DNA from: Vitreimonas sp.
Lineage (GTDB): Bacteria > Patescibacteriota > Microgenomatia > UBA1400 > PJMF01
Reading direction: 5' to 3'
Assembly (NCBI GenBank): GCA_035627515.1
Contig: DASPLQ010000012.1
Span: forward strand, 650,331 to 714,330
Length of the DNA: 64,000 nt
Under the pieces are notes generated by a model. That model was not told the DNA's origin and ran no database searches. It was given only the letters and a program-made list of their open reading frames with translations. Shown piece by piece: positions 20,907 to 32,074 of this stretch (its first letter is position 1; every line of letters starts with the position of its first letter). A program made the translations under genes and the position numbers.

Positions 20907-23900
20907 CATAATGCTTTTTTGGTATTGGGATGAGGGAAAAGGTTTACAAGCCAATCGTTCGCAGTCCTCAACTACCAAGCTGGCAGTAGCCACTAAAAAT
21001 GATCGTTCAGAAGGTGAAGTCTTGGCTGCCGAAACCGAAATTGAAGAATCAACTGCCATGTTCCAAGTTAACATTCCTAGTCAATTTGGGGATGTCGTCA
21101 GAGTTGCTGAATTGATTGTCGAAAATCGCTCTCTTTTTGAAGGAATAGCTGAGTTTCAAGATGAAGTAGTGATGAATCAAGCCCTGGAAGTCAAGCAAGA
21201 TTTGACGGTGGGCGGCCGCTTATTATTAACTGGTGATGCGATTGGCCGGGGAGTTGATATCGATATCGAAGACGGCGCCATTACTGCGGGCACCGTCACC
21301 GCGAGCAACTTAGTGTACTCTGTCAAAGCTGGTTCGGGCATTTCAGTAAGTGGTACTCAGGATGTCACCATTTCTGCTACAGATTTGGGTTCATCCCAAC
21401 AGATTTTTAAAAATATTAAAGTGAATAGCGATACCATTACAGCTGGTAGCAACAACGATACTGTTACCTTCAAAGATGGTACCGGTATTTCTCTGACACG
21501 GTCTGGCAATGAAATTACTGTCTCCGGTCGTGACGTCAGCGGTTGGGCTAAAACCGGCAACTATGTGGCGTTAGCTGACACGAGTAATTGGGTAGGAATT
21601 GGTACCAGTACTCCAACCAATAATTTGGAAATTAACTCAGGCACAACCGGCACTTCAGGAGTTACTTTCACTCAATTGACTTCAGCTTCCACCGTGGGTG
21701 TTGGAGGTGGCAAAGTTTTATCAGTTGATTCTGGTGGCCGGATTATTTTAGTTCAGGACCAAACTGGCGACACACCTACCGCTGAATCTGTATTGCCGAC
21801 TGCAGCCAATGGTGAAACCTTATATTTTAATGGACTGAACTGGGTGGCATCTTCCAACCTGTATCACAACGGTGGACAAGTGGGCATTTCCACCACACCA
21901 GCCACTAATGTGAGATTCCATGTTTTAACGAATGCTGCCAACGCCGTCGGTGCAGTTATTCAGCGCGTCACTGGCCAAACAGCCAATTTTATGGAGTTCC
22001 GCAATGAGAGTGGCACGCCATTGTCATACGTTTCGGCTGACGGTGTCTTCCACGGCAATGTCAGTGGTGATATCAGTGGCTCCATTAATGCTGGTCTCAG
22101 TCAGGGGCAAGTGGCTTTTCAAGGAGCGTCAGCTTTGCAAGGCAGTAACTCACTGTTTTGGGATAGTGGTAATAGCCGGTTGGGAGTGGGGACGAATGCT
22201 CCCCAGAAAGCCGTTCATATTTATAATGATTCTGGGCTGTGGGTTCAAAATACTTCTGGTGGTACTGCTTTAACTTCAATTACGGGTGGGTCAGTTAACA
22301 CACTTAACTCGACAACTTTATCTTTGGGGGCTAATGCTAATACTGCTATGACATTAATGTCTAGCGGCAACGTTGGCATTGGTACCACTTCGCCAACCTC
22401 CCTCTTCCATGTTAATGGCAAAACTACAGGCAAAGCACTAGCCATTCTCAACGAAACCGGTAATCAAGATATCTTTACAGCCAGTGCCAGTGGAACTTCG
22501 ATGTTCACCATTAAGAATGATGGAAAAGTGGGGATTGGGACGACTGCACCAACAGCACTACTTAATTTAAGCTCTAGTACTAGTGATCCAACTTTAATTA
22601 TTGATCCGGGGAGTAGCTCAACTGTGGATCCTACAATTGCTCTCTATGATACTACCACCAGTGCTGGTTTTAAAATTCGTTACGATAACGATGGAGGTGA
22701 CAGTTATATTGATAGCATTTTCAACGGTACTGATACGGCTCCAGCGATACGTTTCAGAACAGAGACATCAGCGGTAACAAAAGAAGCTATGACCATTACC
22801 CATGGAGGAAGTGTCGGTATCGGCACCACCTCACCCACCTCACTCTTGCATCTTTCATCAACCTCTACTAGTTTGACCAATGGTTTATTTAAGATGGATT
22901 GGAGTCCGGCTTCAGCCACTACGTTAGCGGGTGATTTGTTTAACCTTAATATTGGCGCTAATGGTAATGCGACCAATGTTTTTAGTATCACTGATTCAGG
23001 TTCGACCTTATTCTCAGTTAGTGAAAGTAAAATTACTTCAGCTATCCCGCATGAGTTTACAGTGGCAGGTGATGTCAGTTTTGGTTATGACATTAACTTA
23101 ATTAATCAAACTGCGGGCAATATTAATAGTAATGGTCCGTTTGCGATTAACGCTGGTGAGGTCTACGAAAATGGCACGCTCACTTTGCGCACGTATAACA
23201 AAGGTCGGGTGGTGGTGGATAGTGAAGCTCTGCTCGTGAATCGGGCAGCCACTATTTCTGGAAAGTTAGTAGCTGGAACTACTAATCCTCCCGTGGCGAT
23301 TGGTCAACTGTATGTGTCGAATGCCGCCACCTATGGTAAAGCTTTAGCCATTTTGAACCAAACTGAGTCGGCTGATATTTTTGCAGCCAGTGCCAGCGGG
23401 ACAAATAGATTTGTAATTACCAGCGCAGGCAGAGTAGGTATTGGAGTTGCTGCTCCAACAAATAACTTAGAGGTGGTAGGAACAAGTAAGATTTCTAGAG
23501 ATTCCAATAGTTATATTGAGTATAACTCCTCAGGTGAAATTCAATATTATTTAAGTGGTTTTAATAAATTTAAAGTTACTAATACAGAAACCTATGCTGA
23601 AGTACTCAGAGCTCCCACTATTAATATGGTTAATAATGGTGTGACGTTAGCGGCCACTGGCTCAGTATTTACTATTTCTAATAATTCTGGTGGCATGACT
23701 GAACGATTAAGAATTACCCAAAGTGGAAGCTTTGGCATGGGCACTAATTCCCCTGATGCGCGATTATCAGTAAATGGAGATTTATCTGCCAACTCTGCCA
23801 CTATTAGTGGCACGTATGCTGGCAATGTTGCGCTAACCATTAATGCGCTGACTGATGCCGACAGCACCATTCGTTTGCGTGAATCAGGGACTACTAAATG

Positions 23901-24834
23901 GAATCTTTTCAATGATGGCGATAATTCCGATAGTTTGTACATCACCGATGCCGGTGGTGATCAAGGTGTGTTCTTGGCTCAAGATGCGACGAGTTGGGCA
24001 GCAGCTTCTGATATTACGCTCAAAGAAAATATTAATTTAGTCGATGGCTCATTGGATAAAATCAAGCAACTGCGTGGCGTGTACTATAACTTCATTGGTA
24101 CGCAGCGGACTGAAGTAGGTTTGATCGCTCAGGAAGTGCAAGCGGTGCTTCCCGAATTAGTTGTCACTAATAATAATGGCAAGTTAGCTGTCATGTACGA
24201 TCGGTTGGCACCGGTGTTAGTGAATGCAATTCAAGAACAACAAGGCCAATTGGATAAACTAGGCAACTTTTCTACCTATGAAGATCGCTTAGCCGCAGTG
24301 GAAGCACAAAATACTGAACAAGATACTGTGCTTGCTCAACTTAAAACCACCTTAAGTGATTTATTTAAAAATGCAGTCACATTCTTAGCTGATGTCACCT
24401 TCAAAGGGTATTTGAAATTTAGCCCTGATCAAACTGGCTACGTAGCTGTCCCAGTGGGTGCCACTGAGGCTAAGGTGACCTTTAAAAACAAAATGCCTTC
24501 AGAACCAATTATTAACCTGACTCCACGCCGCCTCGTAGCCGGGATGAAAGTTGGGGAAGTTAAAGATACTCATTTTATTGTCCAGTTTGAACAACCACTG
24601 GCTGAAGAACTCAGAATTGATTGGTTAGCAACCTTGAAAGATACTGAAAACAGTAATGAGCCAACCGTTGAGTTTGTGATTCCTTCCCCAGTGCCTAATC
24701 TTGTTGTCCCTGAAGCCGCGGCTGCTGAACCGGCTGCCAGCCCCACTCCGGCGCCATCTTCAACTCCTGTCCCCACCGTGGCACCTTCATCAAGTCCTGA
24801 ACCAGTAGCTAGTGAGAGTGCCGCTACACCGTAG
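20821..24834 (+). CDS. Giant membrane-anchored tail-fibre-like surface protein with peptidase S74 intramolecular chaperone domain
   Basis: N-terminal TM; repeated GNVGIGTTSP-type motifs; SDITLKENI...GLIAQEV..VLPELV..VMYDRL..VLVNAIQEQ (S74); Pro/Ser tail; start at MEKD shared with paralog. Confidence 0.85.
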   Translation: MEKDPRRSITFLGISRSKRLFAVGLIVVAIMLFWYWDEGKGLQANRSQSSTTKLAVATKNDRSEGEVLAAETEIEESTAMFQVNIPSQFGDVVRVAELIVENRSLFEGIAEFQDEVVMNQALEVKQDLTVGGRLLLTGDAIGRGVDIDIEDGAITAGTVTASNLVYSVKAGSGISVSGTQDVTISATDLGSSQQIFKNIKVNSDTITAGSNNDTVTFKDGTGISLTRSGNEITVSGRDVSGWAKTGNYVALADTSNWVGIGTSTPTNNLEINSGTTGTSGVTFTQLTSASTVGVGGGKVLSVDSGGRIILVQDQTGDTPTAESVLPTAANGETLYFNGLNWVASSNLYHNGGQVGISTTPATNVRFHVLTNAANAVGAVIQRVTGQTANFMEFRNESGTPLSYVSADGVFHGNVSGDISGSINAGLSQGQVAFQGASALQGSNSLFWDSGNSRLGVGTNAPQKAVHIYNDSGLWVQNTSGGTALTSITGGSVNTLNSTTLSLGANANTAMTLMSSGNVGIGTTSPTSLFHVNGKTTGKALAILNETGNQDIFTASASGTSMFTIKNDGKVGIGTTAPTALLNLSSSTSDPTLIIDPGSSSTVDPTIALYDTTTSAGFKIRYDNDGGDSYIDSIFNGTDTAPAIRFRTETSAVTKEAMTITHGGSVGIGTTSPTSLLHLSSTSTSLTNGLFKMDWSPASATTLAGDLFNLNIGANGNATNVFSITDSGSTLFSVSESKITSAIPHEFTVAGDVSFGYDINLINQTAGNINSNGPFAINAGEVYENGTLTLRTYNKGRVVVDSEALLVNRAATISGKLVAGTTNPPVAIGQLYVSNAATYGKALAILNQTESADIFAASASGTNRFVITSAGRVGIGVAAPTNNLEVVGTSKISRDSNSYIEYNSSGEIQYYLSGFNKFKVTNTETYAEVLRAPTINMVNNGVTLAATGSVFTISNNSGGMTERLRITQSGSFGMGTNSPDARLSVNGDLSANSATISGTYAGNVALTINALTDADSTIRLRESGTTKWNLFNDGDNSDSLYITDAGGDQGVFLAQDATSWAAASDITLKENINLVDGSLDKIKQLRGVYYNFIGTQRTEVGLIAQEVQAVLPELVVTNNNGKLAVMYDRLAPVLVNAIQEQQGQLDKLGNFSTYEDRLAAVEAQNTEQDTVLAQLKTTLSDLFKNAVTFLADVTFKGYLKFSPDQTGYVAVPVGATEAKVTFKNKMPSEPIINLTPRRLVAGMKVGEVKDTHFIVQFEQPLAEELRIDWLATLKDTENSNEPTVEFVIPSPVPNLVVPEAAAAEPAASPTPAPSSTPVPTVAPSSSPEPVASESAATP

Positions 24835-24836
24835 TT

Positions 24837-27800
24837 ATGAAGTTACCCATTTTAAAATATTGGCGTAGTCAGTACCGAACATTTTTTTTTGCGTTGTTGA
24901 CTATCTTAAGCTTAGCGATTCCAGCGTGGTACCGATTACACTCACCTAGTGATGCCCGGGCCGGTTGGTTTAATGATCAATGGCAATATCGCAAACGCAT
25001 TCCGCTAACTAATAGTGGTGGCAGTACCGTCACTGACCACCAGGTTCAATTAACTATCGATACCGCCGCGCTTGTTACCTCCGGCAAACTCCAAAGCAAC
25101 TGTGTTGACCTCCGTCTTAACGCTCAAAACACTGATTTTTTGCCATATTGGATTGAACCAGGAACGTGCAATACGACAACCACTAAAGTCTGGGTTCGTG
25201 TCCCTGAAATTCCTACCACTGGTGCAAATATTTGGCTGTACTACGGTAATCCCTCAGCGCTGGATGAATCGAGTGCGGAGCGGGTGTTTCATGCCATTCT
25301 CAAAAACCAGGCGGCAGCCTGGAATATGGATGACAATGTTTCTGGTAATGGTCAAACAATTACCGATGTTAGCGGCAATAGTCGAACAGGTACTATTGTC
25401 GGTTCAGTGAACTGTACAGGTACTGGTCAATTTGATAAAGCCTGTTCACTAACTAGTGGTGGGTATATTGATACTTTTGATACCGGACTTTCAAATCAAT
25501 TAAGTATTTCAGTATGGATTAAGCCCACTTCTGTAGCAACTGCACAAGCAATTATGGGTGAACGTTCGGGAACTAACAGCTGGGCGCTCTATGTTCGACC
25601 CACTGGGGAACTAGGATTCACTTTAAGTGGTTTATCTGATCACATTACAACCGGAGCAGGAGTGACAGCGGGAGTTTGGCAACACGTATTGGTAGTAGTT
25701 AATGGCACTAGTTTAAAAATGTATCGCAATGGAACCCTAGTCAGCGATGTCACTATGGGAGCAACAGTTGCCGACTCTAACCTAACTATGAAAATTGGTG
25801 CTGCAGGTGGTGCTACTAGTCCATATACAGGTGAGATAGATAACCTGCGTTTGTATTCACGGGCTTTCAATGCTGAAGAAATACAACAATTATTAGGCCC
25901 AACCGCAAATTCTCGATATGGATATATGACAAATAACTTGGTAGGCAATGAATTGGTTACAGGTTACAACACTAATGTTACGACTGGCTCACAACAGACT
26001 GAGGAAACAAGTCCACGGCCGATTGCAGTTTGGAATTTTGATGAGGGTAGTGGACAAACTATTAATGATGTCGTGGTGAAAAAAAATCAAGCCATGTTAG
26101 GTGCTAATAGCTCTTCGGCATCAGATGACCCTACCTGGCAAACTGAGGATATGTGTATCAGTGGTAAGTGTTTACGGTTTGATGGTACCAATGATTATGT
26201 CCAAGTGAACAATAATATTAGTACTCAAATAGGCACTGCAGTCACATTTTCGGCTTGGATTAGAACTAATTCGAGTAACAATCCGATGTCGATTATGGGT
26301 AATTACAATTCCGCGGTAGCAGGAGGACCATGGTTTGAAGTGCTGGCAGGTAAAGCGGCTTTCCATAATGGTAGTTCCGGAACTTTAAGTAGTAATAAAT
26401 CAGTTAATGATGGTAAGTGGCATCATGTGGTGGCTACAGTTGGGCCCTCCGATGCAAAGATCTATGTCGATGGCAGTTTAGATAACTCATCAACTTCTTT
26501 TTCACTTTTGAAAACATCCACAACTGCCTATGCCATTGGTGCGGTCTATGCATCTAGTGCTCCCAGTTCATTCTTTAATGGCTTCATTGATGAGCCCAAA
26601 ATTTATCCCTATGTGCGGACAGCTGCCGAAGTCAGGCAAGATTACATTCGGGGTTTAACGAGTGCAGGTGCTAATGCCGCGTTGGGTGTGCCGGAAACCA
26701 GCCATTTAAATAATGGCTTAGCAGCCTACTGGAAAATGGATGAGAGTAGCTGGAATGGGACCAGCTCGGAAGTGATTGATTCGAGTGGTAATAATAATCA
26801 CGGAACTGCGGGCTGCAATGGCGGGTGTGTGGGTTCACCTCCTAGTACTAGTACCGGTAAATTTGGCAATGCGGGTTATTTCACGGTGACAGGCAGTAAC
26901 TATCAGAGGGTTAGTGTGCCTTCTTCTAGCACTTTGCAGATCACTTCAGCAATAACGCTCTGTACTTGGGTTAATGAAGTAGGTACCAACTTTAATGGAT
27001 ATGTGCTTGATGCTAACACGTATCGTTTACAAATGAACTCTGGCGGTAGTATCGATATGCGGGTGACTACTGGCGGTGTCTCAACCGCCTCGCCAAATAG
27101 TGGTACTCTACCCACTAACACTTGGGTGCATATCTGTGGGACCTATGATGGTAGTAAGGTTAGTTTATATAGAGATGGCAGCTTAGTGGGATCAACAGCC
27201 AAAACAGGTACTATTGATACTATCAGCAGTCCAGTTATTAATAATGCTACTGGTGCAACTCGCAACTTAAAATTAGATGAATTCCGTATTTATAACCGAG
27301 CTCTTTCGCCCGCCGAAGTCCAAGATCTCTACGCGTGGACCGCTGGACCGGTGGGGCACTGGAAGTTCGATGAGGGGGAGGGTACGACTGCGAATGATGC
27401 CAGTGGCAATGGCTTAACGGGAACAATTACTTCTGGGACCCAGTGGAGTGAAGGAAGATTTGGCAGCGCACTCAATTTTGATGGGACTCAGCTAGTTCTT
27501 ATCGGTAATTCTGCTCCAGTTCAATTAGGAACGGGTACAGTAGAAGCCTGGATCAAAACCACTAATGCCGGTAGTTCTTTCCGTGGTATCGTAGTTAAGC
27601 AAAACGCCTATGGCATGTTTTTAAATGATAATGTGTTCGGAAGCTATGATTGGGGAGGGACTGGTTTTAATAGTAGTGGCTTAAGTCTTAATGATGGTCA
27701 ATGGCATCATGTCAGTATGACTTTTGATGGCAGTAATAGTACCACCAACTTATATCTTGATGGTACTTTGGTTGACACAGGCAATAACACTGTCTCAGGT

Positions 27801-29981
27801 CATAACACGAGTTTGAGTATTGGGTCCGGTACTGGTGGAGTTAGTCAGACTTTTATTGGCAAAATTGATGATGTTAAACTCTACAACTACGTTCGGACCA
27901 GAGAACAAGTTTTGTTGGATATTAAAGCCAACCGGCCGGCCGCATTGGGGGCACAGGATTCGGTTCCGCCTCCACTTGCCCACTGGAAGTTTGATGAAGG
28001 TAATGGTACCAGTAACGCCGATAGCAGCGGGAATGGCTATACCCTAACTATGGAAAACTCTGAAGGTGATGAGTGGGCGAGTGGCAAATTAGGCTCAGGC
28101 CTACAGTTTGATCGTAATAATGAGCGAGCAGCTCGGGCGGATACCACAGGCTCACCTTTTGATTTAACTCAAGGCACTCTTTCTGCTTGGGTATATCGGA
28201 CTGGACAAGTAAGTGGTTCGGGCAATCAGGGGCGGATTATTAGTAAAGCTGATTTATATGTGCTATTTCTCAATAGTGATGAAGAAGTTCAGTGTTATGG
28301 CAATGGGAGTACCTTGGATTCAAACTACGTCTTACCTCTTAATCAATGGTCACATGTGCTGTGTACGCAAGATTCAGCGAGTACAACTAAAACCCGTAAA
28401 ATTTATGTTAATGGCGTAGAAGTTGCTTCAAGTACCCCAGCTAGTGCGTGGAGTGTTGATAATAATCCTTTGACAGTTGGTAATTATTTTACTGATGGCT
28501 ACTTTTTCCCTGGTTACATCGATGAAGTTAAAATGTGGAACATACCTTTGAATACCGATCAGATTGCGTATGAAGCTAATATCCGATCTGCTGACGTGCT
28601 TGCTTATCAGGCAACCAGTACCGAACAAACTCAAGATGTTGGTTCCAGTAATCCGCCAATAGGTGAGTGGAATTTTGATGAAATGACAGGTGCTACAGCC
28701 AATGATCTCGGGGCAAATGGCTTTGATGGCACGATTACTAACGCAACTTGGGTGCCTGGCCAAATTGGTGGCGCACTCGATTTTGCTGGTAATGCTTGTG
28801 TGTCTACTTCGACTTCTTCAACTCTCAACCCTACTTCCACTATGACGGTGGAAACGTGGGTGTATCTAAATGCCAATCAAGGTTCGTTTGCTTCATTAAT
28901 TTCACGAGATGGCGAATCGGCAGCGCGGGCGTATTCAATAGAACTAGGTAATGCCGGTACGAATCGTTTGAGAGTGTGGTTTGGCGCCGGTGGCAGTCCC
29001 AAAGTAGTTGATTCTACTTCGGCTTTGGCCCTCAACCAGTGGTACCACATTGTGGGGACCTATGATGGCTCTAGTGTGAAGTTGTACATCAATGGCAGAT
29101 TAGATAACAGTTTAAGCACTTCCGGCACGATCACTACTAACACTGACACTTTAGCATTTGGCTGTAGCAGCCAACTCAATGGCGAGTACTTCAACGGTAA
29201 GCTCGATCACGTCAAAATCTACAACTACGCTCGCAGTCAAGCTCAAGTGGCCTATGATTACAACCGCGGTAAACCAATTGCGCACTGGAAAATGGATGAG
29301 TGTCAGGGGACTACAATTTATGATGCTTCGGGAAATAATAATCATGGCACGTTAACAGTCACCGGCCAATCAGTGGGAACCTGTGACACTAGTTCCACAG
29401 CTTGGGGTAGCGGGGCGACAGGAAAATATAATGCTAGCATTAACTTAGATGGTACTGGAGATGAAATTAGCATAGGAGATCCAAGTTCAGGTATTTTTGA
29501 CTTTGGTACTCGAGACTTTACATTAAGTGCGTGGGTCAAAACAACAAGCGGCGAACAAAGCATTATCTCAAAGCAAATAGCTAACACCTGGAACGGTTAC
29601 AATTTTTACATTATGCCTGATGGTAAATTAATTAGCAGTGTTTCCTGGCTTAATAATGGCGCAACCAGTTCTATCACCAGCACCAATAGTGTGAATGACG
29701 GAACATGGAAACATGTGGTGTTTGTCATGAATGGGGCTGATAGAACAAACTGGAAACTCTATATCAATGGTCAAGCTGACAGTTTTACTGAAGCAGGGTC
29801 AGATTTATCAGGTACTGGTATTGATAATACTGTCCCCCTAAGAATTGGTAATCGTGAATATAACGATGCCACTGACTTTATTGGCCAAATCGACGACGTC
29901 AAAGTCTTCAATTACGCTCTCTCTACCGCCCAAGTTCGCAAAGAGTACAACGCGGGGTCAGCGATTTATTTTGGTAATTAA
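24837..29981 (+). CDS. Large secreted DUF2341 + multiple (about 7) LamG/concanavalin-like domain protein
   Basis: WQYRKRI...DLRL..LPYWIE...KVWVRVP...WLYYGNP (DUF2341); repeated HWKFDEG...WHHV...YVDG...IDEVKIYN units. Confidence 0.9.
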   Translation: MKLPILKYWRSQYRTFFFALLTILSLAIPAWYRLHSPSDARAGWFNDQWQYRKRIPLTNSGGSTVTDHQVQLTIDTAALVTSGKLQSNCVDLRLNAQNTDFLPYWIEPGTCNTTTTKVWVRVPEIPTTGANIWLYYGNPSALDESSAERVFHAILKNQAAAWNMDDNVSGNGQTITDVSGNSRTGTIVGSVNCTGTGQFDKACSLTSGGYIDTFDTGLSNQLSISVWIKPTSVATAQAIMGERSGTNSWALYVRPTGELGFTLSGLSDHITTGAGVTAGVWQHVLVVVNGTSLKMYRNGTLVSDVTMGATVADSNLTMKIGAAGGATSPYTGEIDNLRLYSRAFNAEEIQQLLGPTANSRYGYMTNNLVGNELVTGYNTNVTTGSQQTEETSPRPIAVWNFDEGSGQTINDVVVKKNQAMLGANSSSASDDPTWQTEDMCISGKCLRFDGTNDYVQVNNNISTQIGTAVTFSAWIRTNSSNNPMSIMGNYNSAVAGGPWFEVLAGKAAFHNGSSGTLSSNKSVNDGKWHHVVATVGPSDAKIYVDGSLDNSSTSFSLLKTSTTAYAIGAVYASSAPSSFFNGFIDEPKIYPYVRTAAEVRQDYIRGLTSAGANAALGVPETSHLNNGLAAYWKMDESSWNGTSSEVIDSSGNNNHGTAGCNGGCVGSPPSTSTGKFGNAGYFTVTGSNYQRVSVPSSSTLQITSAITLCTWVNEVGTNFNGYVLDANTYRLQMNSGGSIDMRVTTGGVSTASPNSGTLPTNTWVHICGTYDGSKVSLYRDGSLVGSTAKTGTIDTISSPVINNATGATRNLKLDEFRIYNRALSPAEVQDLYAWTAGPVGHWKFDEGEGTTANDASGNGLTGTITSGTQWSEGRFGSALNFDGTQLVLIGNSAPVQLGTGTVEAWIKTTNAGSSFRGIVVKQNAYGMFLNDNVFGSYDWGGTGFNSSGLSLNDGQWHHVSMTFDGSNSTTNLYLDGTLVDTGNNTVSGHNTSLSIGSGTGGVSQTFIGKIDDVKLYNYVRTREQVLLDIKANRPAALGAQDSVPPPLAHWKFDEGNGTSNADSSGNGYTLTMENSEGDEWASGKLGSGLQFDRNNERAARADTTGSPFDLTQGTLSAWVYRTGQVSGSGNQGRIISKADLYVLFLNSDEEVQCYGNGSTLDSNYVLPLNQWSHVLCTQDSASTTKTRKIYVNGVEVASSTPASAWSVDNNPLTVGNYFTDGYFFPGYIDEVKMWNIPLNTDQIAYEANIRSADVLAYQATSTEQTQDVGSSNPPIGEWNFDEMTGATANDLGANGFDGTITNATWVPGQIGGALDFAGNACVSTSTSSTLNPTSTMTVETWVYLNANQGSFASLISRDGESAARAYSIELGNAGTNRLRVWFGAGGSPKVVDSTSALALNQWYHIVGTYDGSSVKLYINGRLDNSLSTSGTITTNTDTLAFGCSSQLNGEYFNGKLDHVKIYNYARSQAQVAYDYNRGKPIAHWKMDECQGTTIYDASGNNNHGTLTVTGQSVGTCDTSSTAWGSGATGKYNASINLDGTGDEISIGDPSSGIFDFGTRDFTLSAWVKTTSGEQSIISKQIANTWNGYNFYIMPDGKLISSVSWLNNGATSSITSTNSVNDGTWKHVVFVMNGADRTNWKLYINGQADSFTEAGSDLSGTGIDNTVPLRIGNREYNDATDFIGQIDDVKVFNYALSTAQVRKEYNAGSAIYFGN

Positions 29982-30025
29982 GCTTTCCTTTGCAGTACTT
30001 ACCTAATCTGTTACTATGGATACAG

Positions 30026-32071
30026 ATGTCAACCGTGGATTCATTTACCCAGCGCGTCATGAACATGATTCTGCCAGCAATGGCGATCATAGTCCCGATA
30101 GTGTTTGTGCCGCTGAGCACAGATTTTTTTACCACCAGTAAAAAAATAGTGTTATTGGTGGTGGCTTCGGTAGCAATTTTGGCTTGGACATGGCGCGGAG
30201 TGCTACGTAAAAAATTTGATTTTTATATCAGTCCAGCCACGGCGCCACTCATTATTTTGTGCATTTTATATGGTGTTTCGACGGCGTTTAGAGCCCCCAA
30301 CTTTTGGCTAGCATTAACTGGTGAAACGACACTTTTTTTAACATTAAGTGTGATTTTTTTAACGGTAACGGCTCTTTTAAAAGAGCAGGCGGTGTTAGTC
30401 CGTACCTATCACTCGTTATTACTCTCTGCCTCTGTTGTGTCCCTGATTGTGATACTGCAATTTTTTAAAATTGGCCAGTTACTGACAGCAGTTCCTTGGT
30501 TAGAAACGCCGTTATTTAATCCCACTGGTGGTCCGCTCACCTTTTTATCTCTCAGTGTGCCTCTCATTGCAGCCAATGCTGCTTTCTTGTATCGTCACCA
30601 GCCACGGCCAAAGCCATTTTATTTTCTGACGACCTTATTATTGGTGGTTGCCTCGTTATTAACAGTGGCTTTATTAGTGATGGAAAAGTTGCAACTAATG
30701 CCGTTGACTGCAGCCTGGGTGATTGGAATCGGGGCCTTACAAAATCCTGGAGTGGCATTATTGGGAACAGGTCCCGGCACCTATGCCGATGTTTATACGC
30801 AGCTTAAACCGGCTTTTATGAACATGACGCCCACTTGGAATGTGGTTTTTTCTAGTTCAGTTAATTATTTCTTTCAACTACTCACTACGGTTGGGTTACC
30901 CGCAGTAGCTTTATATTTATATGCCTTAGGGAGCACTCTCGCAGCCGCCAGCCGCCAGCTCACGAAAAACCGATGGCTCAAAGTTTACACGGCTTTGCTA
31001 CTTAGTTGCGTGGGAATGCAACTCATTTTGCCTCCCAACTTAATGTTAATGTTGATAGTGTTCATCAGTTTGAGTTTAGTGACAATTGAGTTAAAAATAA
31101 CTCAGCTCTCTGCAACCCTTAATCCTTTGCAGAGTAGTGCGGCCCAGATGTTGGGAGCGCCGCGGCGCTTTTGGGAGCAACGATTTGGGGCACATGAACA
31201 AAAATTAAGCTTGTTGTTTTGGTTTATGGGTTTGGTGATTACTGGCGGAGTGCTTTTTTATAATTACGTCCTGGCCCGCGCCTATGCCAGTGAGATAGTT
31301 TTTTATCGCTCTTTGCAAGCCGCGGATCAAAACAATGGCACCGCCGTTTATAACCTTCAAGTCCAAGCCATTAACTTAAAACCATATGAGCCCCAGTATC
31401 ATTTGGCATATGCTCAAACGAATCTCGCGTTAGCTGAGTCATTGGCAGCAAAAAGTGAGGTTAATGATCAAGACAAAGCCACTATTACCCAATTAATTGA
31501 ACAAGCTATCCGAGAAGCTAAAACTGCGGTGCAGTTACAACCGACCAATAGTTTGGCGTGGCAAAACCTAGCGGCTATTTATCGGCAACTGATTGGTTTA
31601 GCTGATGGAGCAGATGAATGGACATTGACGGCTTATCAACAGGCTATAGCCTTAGATCCTAGTAATCCTCAGCTACGCCTAGATTTGGGTGGAGTTTTTT
31701 ATTCGGTAAAAAATTATGGTGAAGCTGTAGGCTACTTTACCCAAGCCGCTCAACTTAAACCCGACTGGGCTAATGCCTATTACAACTTAGCAATGGCGTA
31801 TCGCGATGGCGGAGAGCCGCAACTAGCAGTCCAAGCCATGCGTGTAGTAGCCGAACTCATTGATCCTACGAGTACCGAGTATCAACAAGTGCAAACAGAG
31901 CTCAAAGCTTTAGAAGCTGATTTGCCGACAGAAATAACCCCACCTCAGCCTTTACCAGTCAGTGATGACACAGAAGAGGAAGAAGTACTCACGAAGCCTT
32001 CACCATTGCCTTCACCTACTTTGAAAGAGGAAATCGAACTTCCGGCTGATGTAGCCCCAAATTCACCCTAA
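30026..32071 (+). CDS. O-antigen-ligase-like multi-TM protein with C-terminal TPR repeats
   Basis: ~12 TM, LLGTGPGTY, SVNYFFQLLTTVGL (Wzy_C-like), AWQNLAAIY / AIALDP / ANAYYNLA TPRs. Confidence 0.8.
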   Translation: MSTVDSFTQRVMNMILPAMAIIVPIVFVPLSTDFFTTSKKIVLLVVASVAILAWTWRGVLRKKFDFYISPATAPLIILCILYGVSTAFRAPNFWLALTGETTLFLTLSVIFLTVTALLKEQAVLVRTYHSLLLSASVVSLIVILQFFKIGQLLTAVPWLETPLFNPTGGPLTFLSLSVPLIAANAAFLYRHQPRPKPFYFLTTLLLVVASLLTVALLVMEKLQLMPLTAAWVIGIGALQNPGVALLGTGPGTYADVYTQLKPAFMNMTPTWNVVFSSSVNYFFQLLTTVGLPAVALYLYALGSTLAAASRQLTKNRWLKVYTALLLSCVGMQLILPPNLMLMLIVFISLSLVTIELKITQLSATLNPLQSSAAQMLGAPRRFWEQRFGAHEQKLSLLFWFMGLVITGGVLFYNYVLARAYASEIVFYRSLQAADQNNGTAVYNLQVQAINLKPYEPQYHLAYAQTNLALAESLAAKSEVNDQDKATITQLIEQAIREAKTAVQLQPTNSLAWQNLAAIYRQLIGLADGADEWTLTAYQQAIALDPSNPQLRLDLGGVFYSVKNYGEAVGYFTQAAQLKPDWANAYYNLAMAYRDGGEPQLAVQAMRVVAELIDPTSTEYQQVQTELKALEADLPTEITPPQPLPVSDDTEEEEVLTKPSPLPSPTLKEEIELPADVAPNSP

Positions 32072-32074
32072 AAA

